From Candidatus Latescibacterota bacterium (GTDB taxonomy: Bacteria; Latescibacterota; UBA2968; UBA8231): a stretch of 64,000 nucleotides of DNA. Below, piece after piece: positions 56,833 to 64,000 of this stretch. Each line of letters begins with the position of its first letter. Position 1 is the first letter of the stretch. The notes under the pieces are model-generated. The model made no database searches. It saw only the letters and a program-made list of their open reading frames with translations, and was not told the origin of the DNA. Made by a program: the position numbers and the translations under genes. The DNA is taken from NCBI GenBank assembly GCA_965197905.1, contig CBDAOB010000005.1:864001-928000 (forward strand), given 5' to 3'.

Positions 56833-57711
56833 TCACATCCCGAACTCGTTGAGCAAACCTCGCAGGTAGTGGGATCCCAATCGCAAGCATTCCTCGTAGC
56901 TGCATCTGTTGCCCCTGTCTTCGAAGACGATCGACATGTTGCCATTGAATCCGACGTCGCGGATGATCGGCATGATGCGGCGGTAGTCGATTACCCGCTC
57001 CTCTCCGCTGTCGACCCGGTAGAGTTTGGACCGTACGTAGGTGGCATGCGGCGCGGTCTGGATCATGTAGGCGTAGAAGTCGACGTCGGGGTCGCCGACC
57101 GCCTCTTTATTGGTGCCTGGCGAACCCCACCACTGACCTGTATCCAGTATATAGGTAGAGTTCTGGCGATCCACTGCTTGCAGGAGGTAGAGTATGTCAT
57201 CGCCGGTCGGGGGCACCGCCGGCGCATGATTGTGCAGACCGATGAAAACCCCTTTGTCTTTGGCATAATCAGCCACCTCCTGGAAACTGGATACGACGAT
57301 CTGCCAAAGTTTATCGCGATCTTCGGATTGATCTGGAACGCCCCCGCCGAAGATGCGAATCAACGGGGTACCCATGAGCACGGCCACGTCCACTGCATCC
57401 TTGGCGCCGGCGATGGTGGCGCGCAGCTCATCCGCCGGGAGCGGTACGCCTACAACCGTCCCCTGGGAGGTCGTCGCCGAACCCAGGAATCCGCCTTCCG
57501 GCGCCACGAAACCGATGGGTAGCCCGTAGCTGTGACACTTGTGTTTCAAGTGTAGCAGGAACTCGGATTCCCGCGACGGAAATCCGCGATAGAGCTGAAA
57601 ATCCACGAAGTCAAGCCGCAGCTCGTGAATGAGATCGACCAGAGTTTCTACTTCGGTGTAGGTGCCCGGGGTGCCGAGCTTGCGCATGGCGTTGCAGCCG
57701 AGCTTGATCAT
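56833..57711 (-). CDS. Sugar phosphate isomerase/epimerase family protein
   Basis: IRIFGG, IGLHNH, ILDTGQW, IDYRRI, SIVFE. Confidence 0.8.
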   Translation of the reverse strand: MIKLGCNAMRKLGTPGTYTEVETLVDLIHELRLDFVDFQLYRGFPSRESEFLLHLKHKCHSYGLPIGFVAPEGGFLGSATTSQGTVVGVPLPADELRATIAGAKDAVDVAVLMGTPLIRIFGGGVPDQSEDRDKLWQIVVSSFQEVADYAKDKGVFIGLHNHAPAVPPTGDDILYLLQAVDRQNSTYILDTGQWWGSPGTNKEAVGDPDVDFYAYMIQTAPHATYVRSKLYRVDSGEERVIDYRRIMPIIRDVGFNGNMSIVFEDRGNRCSYEECLRLGSHYLRGLLNEFGM

Positions 57712-57835
57712 GGGCCACCTCATAAATGCGGTTGCAGTGCGGGGTGCGAGAATATATCATTTCTCCTCTCTCGATGCACTGTGTGCACGGTGAATCCGCA
57801 GGCAACACCCACTGCTGCCAAGAGGAAAACACTCC

Positions 57836-58966
57836 ATGGTAAAACAGCTCAACCTGCCGGAATGTTTCGCGCGACTCGGTCTAAAACCAGTGATAAACGG
57901 TTACAGTTGGGTTAGCTTTATGGGGGGCAGTATCATGCCGCCGGAGGTGATCGAAGCGATGTCGGCGGCGGCCAACTGCTATCTGAACGTGCACGATCTC
58001 AATTTGGCGGCGGGCAAGGAGGTGGCTCGTCATACCGGCGCCGAGGCCGGGCTGGTCGTTGCCAGCGCCTGTGCCGGCATGCAGCTGCAGGCAGCCGCAT
58101 GCATGAGTGGCGCTGACCCCGCAAAAGTATCCCGCCTTCCGGATTCAAGCGGCATGCGGAACGAAATCCTGCTGCCGCGCACCCACCACATGGAATACGA
58201 TCGCTCCTATCGCAGCGCCGGCGCCCGATTGGTGGAGTGGGGATCCCCGCGGGAGTGCAAGACCTGGGAGCTGGAGGATGCCATAACCGAACGGACCGCG
58301 GCCTTCGCGTACATCATGAGAAACTGGCGTCATGGAGATCTGCCACTGACGGATCTGGTGGAGGTAGCCCGCCGCCATGACCTCCCGGTGGTGGTAGACG
58401 GTTCGGGCATGATACCGCCGCCGGAGAACCTGACCCGGTACATCGAGGAGGGGGCCGATCTGGTGACCTACAGCGGCGGCAAGGGGCTGGAGGGGCCGCA
58501 GTCCACCGGCATTCTATGTGGTCGCACTGACCTGATTGAAGCGGCTCGGTTGAACATGTCCCCCATGCCGGGGGTGGGTCGGCCCGCGAAGGTGGGAAAG
58601 GAGGAGATCATAGGTCTGTTGGCGGCGCTGGAGAGGTTCGCCAGGTTGGATCACCGCGCTCGCTGGCAGCGCTGGCGGCGTATGGCGCAGACGATCGCCG
58701 ATGCCCTGAGCGACATCGATGGGCTGGCGGTGAACGTGGAAGAAGAGAATCCGCCGCGACAGGGTCCCCAACCGGTGGTTTATTTCGAGCGCGACTGGCA
58801 GGGTCCGAGCGGTCCGGAGGTTCGCGATGCCCTCATCGCCGGGGATCCACCGATCTATATCGGTGCCGGAGGCTATCGGGACGAGCTCTACGTCGCGATG
58901 GTTACGCTGCAGGAAGGGGAAGAGGAGATCGTCGCTCGACGGTTGCACGAGGAACTCACCCGGTAG
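57836..58966 (+). CDS. SelA-like PLP enzyme (DgaE / D-glucosaminate-6-phosphate ammonia-lyase family)
   Basis: PVING...MGGS, VVVDGS, GADLVTYSGGKGLEGPQSTG, GRPAKVGKEEI. Confidence 0.8.
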   Translation: MVKQLNLPECFARLGLKPVINGYSWVSFMGGSIMPPEVIEAMSAAANCYLNVHDLNLAAGKEVARHTGAEAGLVVASACAGMQLQAAACMSGADPAKVSRLPDSSGMRNEILLPRTHHMEYDRSYRSAGARLVEWGSPRECKTWELEDAITERTAAFAYIMRNWRHGDLPLTDLVEVARRHDLPVVVDGSGMIPPPENLTRYIEEGADLVTYSGGKGLEGPQSTGILCGRTDLIEAARLNMSPMPGVGRPAKVGKEEIIGLLAALERFARLDHRARWQRWRRMAQTIADALSDIDGLAVNVEEENPPRQGPQPVVYFERDWQGPSGPEVRDALIAGDPPIYIGAGGYRDELYVAMVTLQEGEEEIVARRLHEELTR

Positions 58967-61343
58967 CTTGGGGCCGCAGCTCCTGTCTTGTTTCCGCTTC
59001 CGCGGCAATCTGTTTCCAGTCCCAGAGCTGCGGAATATACCCGACGTTCGCCCACGTCTCCGCCTGATCGGCGTAGTGCGGACTCCCGGGGTGACCCGAA
59101 GCCCCCAGGGGTACGATCCACAGCGATCTGGTCCAATCTGACGGGTCGTGGATGTAGCGGTTGACCGACATCCCGGTGGCGGTGAAATCGCCGTCGGAGA
59201 CTCCCCCACCGGACAAGGGGGTATCCCCGCCGCCGTTCATCGAGTAACTGCCCGCCAGAGGGGTATCGCCCCCTCCGTGTACGGCCAGTCCTGGCGGATC
59301 AAGCAGCTTCGCGGCAGCGGCGAAACGAGCCGACAGCGGGTGCCGAGGATCGGTGCGGTGCAGCTGCCCCCAGTGCCAGCTCGACATCTCCACTCCCAGT
59401 CGATCCGCCAGGTAAACAACCGCTTCCTGCAGTGCCTGTGCCGCCAGCTTTTCCCAGGTGATATCAGCGGGCAGCAGCCCGCGATCGTCCTTCTCCAGGG
59501 CCAGGTGCATCTCCAGGGCCAGCTGGCGCAGGTGCACGTCTGCACCTGGTTCATCCGAAAGCAGCAAAGCGGCCGTTTCACCGAAGAGCTCGGACGCCAA
59601 CCACCGGATCATCTTACCTTGAACGACCGCGTAGATGGCGGGAGCCGCCTGTTCTCGGTGCAACCGCATGTCCCATTGGCGGAGGAGATTCAACGCTTGA
59701 GCAGATGCCTCGTCCAAAGGCTCGCAGCGCAACAATACCCGAGTCAACACCTGGGCCGGTATCGATAGCGAATCGGCATGAATTCGTCCCATGGTATCGA
59801 TGTCACCGGCCTCGTCACGAAGCGACAGCAAGTGTGATTGGATGCGCCGTGCGCGAAATTCGAAAGCGAAGATCAGACCCACGTAATACGGGTATTCGCT
59901 GCCCGCTACCCGCTGGTTGCAGGTAACGGCGTAGCCGCACTCGGGATTGATCGCCCGCGGCAGCTCCGCTTGTGGAATGTATCCTTGCCACTCGTGGTTG
60001 CCATCCCAACCGGGTACGGCGCGCCAACCGTTGGCCACCCCGCGGATCGGAATCTTGCCCTCGTGCAGATAGCCGAAACTTCCGTCCACGTCGGCCACGG
60101 CGTAATTGTTGACGCGGTCGGTCCAGCTGCCAAAGGCCGTTTCCAGGGCCTTCACGCTGTCAGCTTTCATCAGCTCGAGAGCGGCATCCAGCCAGGGGGT
60201 ACCCTCCTTGAGGCCGGGATCGCTGATGGCGATACCCCAGCCGTCCCGCGGCCGACCGGCAATCACCGGGCCGTGGTGCGTGATCGTCACCTCCACCTCT
60301 TCGTCGGCGTTGTCGTGAACACGGATAATCTCCGGCAGCACCTGCGCCGGGCGCCAGGTCTGCTCGAACTCATACTCCCTTCCGGTGGCGGTCTCGCGAA
60401 AGCGCTCGACGAACAGGTCCTGGGTGTCGGCGGAGCCGTAGGTCATGCCCCAGGCGACGCGCTCGTTGTGGCAGAAATGCAGCGCCCCTGGAACCCCGGG
60501 CAAGGAGCTGCCGATCACGTGGAGCCCGGGGCAGGACAGGTGCACCTGGTAGTAAACGGAAGGAACGTCGAGGCCGCGATGGGAGTCACCGCAAACCAGC
60601 GGCAAGCCGGACCTGGTGAGCTTGCCCGAGATCGACCATGCGTTGGAGCCGACATCCGTTTCGCGCAGCCAGTTGACTTCGGCGGCGGCTCGGCTGAGCT
60701 CAACGAGCCCCTCTTCGCGCACGCCATCGTACTCTGTTCCCGGCGGAACGGTGAGCAGGTGGCCAGATGGGTATCCACGCAAGATAGTCGCCAGCTCCTT
60801 CGCGTTGCCCATGGCCGACAGGCGGGTGCGGAAGAGCTTCGGCTCGAAGCTGCCGATGAGGGAATTGCGAATCTTGTACACCGCCAGACAATGCCAGCTC
60901 TCCCACGGCTCTGGTTCGGTCTCCAGTAGCCGGTATTCTATTGGAAGCGTTGTGGTCGTACGGATGAAGGCGTTCACGCCGGCACCGTACGCCTCCGCCA
61001 TCTGCCGCGCTTCGTCGCTGCACACCTGGAGGTCGAGCCTGGCGGTGCGGCCCATGCCCGCCGTGCGCAACAGACGATCCCGTTCCAAGCCCGAGCTACC
61101 GACAAACTCCGACCACCGGCCCAACGCTTGATGCCGGTCGGCGTCCATGTGCCACAGGCGGTCCTGGGCAGAGGCGAACCCCTGTGCGCAGAAGAGATCC
61201 CGCTCGTTGGCGGCGGATATGTGGGGGATGCCCCACCTATCCCTGTAGATCGTTACCGCTTCGGTGAGTTCGGGAAAAGCAAGAGTCGAGGTGACGTCCG
61301 GCAGGCAGGCCTGCAGATCAACTTTGCTGGGAGGCCGTCTCAA
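58956..61343 (-). CDS. Penicillin acylase family Ntn-hydrolase
   Basis: RDRWGIPHI, AQDRLWHMD, GSNAW (catalytic Ser), DSHR, HGPVI, GASGHPGSPHYADQ. Confidence 0.92.
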   Translation of the reverse strand: MRRPPSKVDLQACLPDVTSTLAFPELTEAVTIYRDRWGIPHISAANERDLFCAQGFASAQDRLWHMDADRHQALGRWSEFVGSSGLERDRLLRTAGMGRTARLDLQVCSDEARQMAEAYGAGVNAFIRTTTTLPIEYRLLETEPEPWESWHCLAVYKIRNSLIGSFEPKLFRTRLSAMGNAKELATILRGYPSGHLLTVPPGTEYDGVREEGLVELSRAAAEVNWLRETDVGSNAWSISGKLTRSGLPLVCGDSHRGLDVPSVYYQVHLSCPGLHVIGSSLPGVPGALHFCHNERVAWGMTYGSADTQDLFVERFRETATGREYEFEQTWRPAQVLPEIIRVHDNADEEVEVTITHHGPVIAGRPRDGWGIAISDPGLKEGTPWLDAALELMKADSVKALETAFGSWTDRVNNYAVADVDGSFGYLHEGKIPIRGVANGWRAVPGWDGNHEWQGYIPQAELPRAINPECGYAVTCNQRVAGSEYPYYVGLIFAFEFRARRIQSHLLSLRDEAGDIDTMGRIHADSLSIPAQVLTRVLLRCEPLDEASAQALNLLRQWDMRLHREQAAPAIYAVVQGKMIRWLASELFGETAALLLSDEPGADVHLRQLALEMHLALEKDDRGLLPADITWEKLAAQALQEAVVYLADRLGVEMSSWHWGQLHRTDPRHPLSARFAAAAKLLDPPGLAVHGGGDTPLAGSYSMNGGGDTPLSGGGVSDGDFTATGMSVNRYIHDPSDWTRSLWIVPLGASGHPGSPHYADQAETWANVGYIPQLWDWKQIAAEAETRQELRPQATG

Positions 61344-62230
61344 ATCTTCTGGCGCGGGTCGAGAGCGTCCCGGAGGGCGTCACCGATGAAATTGATACAG
61401 AGTACGGCCAGCGTTATGGCGAACCCGGGAGGGACCCAGGTCCACCAGTACTTGCGCAATGCCGCGAGACTTTGGGCCGACGCCAGCATGTTGCCCCACG
61501 AAGGCGCTGGAACCTGCACGCCAACCCCCAGGAAGCTGAGGCCGGCCTCGGTCAAGATCATGGCGGCAATGCCGAGGGTGGCGCCTACGATCACCGGTGC
61601 CATGGCGTTGGGCAGGAGGTGTTTGAAGGCCATCGATGGCCAGCCGGCGCCAAGCGCCCGGGCTGCAAGTACGAACTCCCGCTCTCGCAACGAGAGCAGC
61701 TGATTGCGCAGAATACGATATATCCCGGTCCATTGTATGAACCCCAAGACCGCCATCACGGTAAACAGACTGGGGCCGAGAAGGCTCACCAAGGTCAGGA
61801 TGATGATAAACCCCGGAAAACTCATGACGACCTCGGAAAATTTCAACAGTGCGGCATCCACTTTGCCACCCAGGAAGCCGGAGATGGTACCCAATATGAC
61901 CCCGATGGAAACGGCGATGGAAATACCCGCCACACCTACCGACAGCGAGGCGCGCCCCCCATAGAGCAGGCGGGCGAAGACGTCCCTGCCGAGATGGTCG
62001 GTTCCCAGCCAGTGGGCGCTATCGGGAGGAGAGTTCCTGAGCTTGAGGCTGATCTGGTTGGGATCTTGAGGTGCGATCAGCGGCGCAAAGACGACGCTGG
62101 TGATGATCAGAGTGAATATCAGCAAGGCGCCTGTGCCCAGCCGGTGCCGCGCGAGGCGGCGCAGGAAGCGATTGTGTTGCCGCGGCTCCTCCGGCATGAC
62201 CTCGACTACTCTTTGGATATCAGAGGCCAT
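61340..62230 (-). CDS. Peptide/nickel ABC transporter permease (OppC/DppC-like)
   Basis: HWLGTDHLGRD, EFVLAARALGA, EAGLSFLG, GDALRDALDP. Confidence 0.92.
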   Translation of the reverse strand: MASDIQRVVEVMPEEPRQHNRFLRRLARHRLGTGALLIFTLIITSVVFAPLIAPQDPNQISLKLRNSPPDSAHWLGTDHLGRDVFARLLYGGRASLSVGVAGISIAVSIGVILGTISGFLGGKVDAALLKFSEVVMSFPGFIIILTLVSLLGPSLFTVMAVLGFIQWTGIYRILRNQLLSLREREFVLAARALGAGWPSMAFKHLLPNAMAPVIVGATLGIAAMILTEAGLSFLGVGVQVPAPSWGNMLASAQSLAALRKYWWTWVPPGFAITLAVLCINFIGDALRDALDPRQKI

Positions 62231-63213
62231 CAGCCGTCCCTCTTGGACTCTAGCCTAACCCGCGGGTCCGCGGTGGCAGTGAGTACGTCCACCAGGATAC
62301 TGGCGGCTAGCACGGCGAACGCCGAAAGCAGCGTCACCGTCATGATGATCGGGTAGTCACGACCGCGTACACCGGCGATGTAGAAGGATCCCATTCCCGG
62401 CCAATCGAAGACAGTCTCAATAACCACCGAGCCGCCAATGAGGATAGGTAGGCGCAAACCCAGGATAACGATCATCGGGATGAGGGCGTTGCGAAACGCG
62501 TGGACCAGGACCACGCGCGGTCCGGGCAAACCCTTGCTGCGTGCGGTCGTGATGTAGTCGCTCTTCAACACCTCCAACAGGCTGGAACGCGCAAATCGCA
62601 TCAGCGCGGCGGTCAGATCGAGACCCAGGATGAGGGCGGGCAGAACGAGATGGTGCAGGCGCGACACGAAGTCCGTGGCGCCGGGTGATACCCGGCCACC
62701 CAGGGGGAAGATGCTCAGCTGAATGCTGAAGACGAACAACGCCAGCAGCCCGATATAGAATGTGGGGGTGGAGATCCCCAGCATGCCGGCGACCGTCAAG
62801 ATATGGTCCGTCGCGGAGTACCGTCGCAGCGCCGAGATCGCTCCCAATGCAACGCCCAGCACCGATGAAAGCAGGAAGGCCGTGATCATGAGCTCCAGGG
62901 TGGGCCCCATACGCAAGCTGATCAGATCGGAGACCGGTCGACGGGTGGCGAGGCTGGTGCCCAGATCTCCTTTACCGAGACCCACGAGCCATTCCAGGTA
63001 GCGCACCGGCGCCGGACGGTCGAGCCCGAGCTCATGACGCAATCTGTCCAGCTCTTCCTGGGAGAATTCTACCTCGCCCTGCTGCACGCGGCTGCCGAGG
63101 ATAGCCGTGGCCGCGTCGCCGGGTGCCCATTCGAGGAAAGCAAACACGATGATGGTTATTCCCAACAGGGTGGGGATCATCGAGAGACTGCGGCGAATGA
63201 GGTATTCCCTCAT
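62230..63213 (-). CDS. Peptide/nickel ABC transporter permease (OppB/DppB-like)
   Basis: LGLDRP, GDLGTS, DYITTARSKGL, IETVFDWPGMG, DPRVR. Confidence 0.92.
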   Translation of the reverse strand: MREYLIRRSLSMIPTLLGITIIVFAFLEWAPGDAATAILGSRVQQGEVEFSQEELDRLRHELGLDRPAPVRYLEWLVGLGKGDLGTSLATRRPVSDLISLRMGPTLELMITAFLLSSVLGVALGAISALRRYSATDHILTVAGMLGISTPTFYIGLLALFVFSIQLSIFPLGGRVSPGATDFVSRLHHLVLPALILGLDLTAALMRFARSSLLEVLKSDYITTARSKGLPGPRVVLVHAFRNALIPMIVILGLRLPILIGGSVVIETVFDWPGMGSFYIAGVRGRDYPIIMTVTLLSAFAVLAASILVDVLTATADPRVRLESKRDG

Positions 63214-63254
63214 GAATTCCTGGTTTCCGGCGAGTGTGAATCTTCAGCCATCGA

Positions 63255-64000
63255 TCACTCCACCACATCCCAAAGATGCCACCAGGTGGCGACGGGGTGG
63301 TTGTTGTTGGGAGTGAGCGGGCCGGTTTTCAAGCGTTTGCTCTTTGCGAGCAGTGGAATGGTATTCAAAATCGGCATCACCGCAACATCCTCCCAAACGT
63401 ACTCCTGCAACTGGTCATATAGCAAACGCAGCGCTTCGTGATCGAAGGTAGTGTCGATCTGAGCAATGGTGGCGTCCACCCACGGATTGGAATAGCCGAA
63501 CGCCGTCGGACTCGGACTGCCCGTACGGAAACGCAGCAACGTCGTTGGAACCACAGACCCGGTGCCCCCCACGTACAGCATGTACTCCCCCTTGAGTGTG
63601 CGCTCGCTCATGATCGCCCCCTCGACGGCCTCGACCTTGGCATTGAGTCCGATTTGCGTCCAATATCCCTGCACGATGGTGGCGATATCCAGGCGGATCG
63701 TGGCCATGTCGATATCCCGCAGGTTGATCATGAGCTCGGTCTGCATGTCGAAGTTCGCTTCGGCCAACAGTGCCCTTGCCCGTTCGGGATCGTAATCGAT
63801 CGGCCGCAGGTTCTCGTTGCGCCAGCTGATGTGCGGCACCACACCTTGGGGCACCGTGACGTCGGCGTAGGCCCCGAAGGTGGTTTCCGCGATCGTCTTG
63901 CGGTCGATGGCGTGCATCAGAGCGCGTCGAACCCGACGGTCCGACAGCGCCGGGTCTGAGACGTTCACCTGCATGGACGTCAGGTGTATGCTGCGGCCCG
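63255..64000 (-). CDS. ABC transporter substrate-binding protein, family 5 (5' partial)
   Basis: DRRVRRALMHAIDR, YDPERARALLAEA, YSNPWVD; frame open to the window edge. Confidence 0.88.
   Translation of the reverse strand, partial: GRSIHLTSMQVNVSDPALSDRRVRRALMHAIDRKTIAETTFGAYADVTVPQGVVPHISWRNENLRPIDYDPERARALLAEANFDMQTELMINLRDIDMATIRLDIATIVQGYWTQIGLNAKVEAVEGAIMSERTLKGEYMLYVGGTGSVVPTTLLRFRTGSPSPTAFGYSNPWVDATIAQIDTTFDHEALRLLYDQLQEYVWEDVAVMPILNTIPLLAKSKRLKTGPLTPNNNHPVATWWHLWDVVE

Noticed and set aside
57836..58966. True selenocysteine synthase selA
   Set aside because: Shorter than SelA, lacks its N-terminal domain, no selB or selC nearby; fits the DgaE-like group better
29777..60929. Long antisense or alternate-frame ORFs (e.g. 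29777-30988, 33119-34168, 55548-56771, 59838-60929)
   Set aside because: Shadow ORFs of well-supported genes, expected in high-GC DNA; no recognisable motifs
35776..61343. Beta-lactam biosynthetic cluster (isopenicillin N epimerase-like plus penicillin acylase)
   Set aside because: The genes are over 20 kb apart, both families are broad, and no ACV synthetase or IPNS is present

Overview
High-GC (roughly 60-65% by eye) bacterial chromosomal window with about 45 genes. No rRNA, tRNA, CRISPR array or transposase is visible. Gene content suggests an FCB-group heterotroph such as Ca. Latescibacterota (inference): secreted beta-propeller/FG-GAP proteins with FlgD-Ig/T9SS-like C-termini, GH29, heparinase II/III, DUF1080, Asp-box and PhyH proteins, three Gfo/Idh/MocA oxidoreductases and a DUF6785-like membrane protein. 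The standout is a two-gene minus-strand unit at 39587-43249. An ECF sigma factor with a candidate ECF-type promoter is translationally coupled (ATGA overlap) to an intact ~1007-aa ORF. That ORF is a miniaturised single-chain fusion of RNA polymerase beta (RpoB) and beta' (RpoC) core segments. It keeps NADFDGD, the beta ED/GDK/KG/SRMN motifs, the sigma2-binding clamp helices and the bridge helix. It appears to lack the flap, lobe, Zn-binding domain, jaw and trigger loop. It may be a dedicated minimal polymerase or an RNAP-mimic partner of the sigma factor. Other observations: a 169-bp palindromic MITE-like element, a low-GC MFS/spermidine-synthase gene coupled to a host-like operon, tandem paralogous large putative outer-membrane proteins, and three frameshifted genes (possibly assembly errors). 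All alignments were done by eye from recalled sequences.
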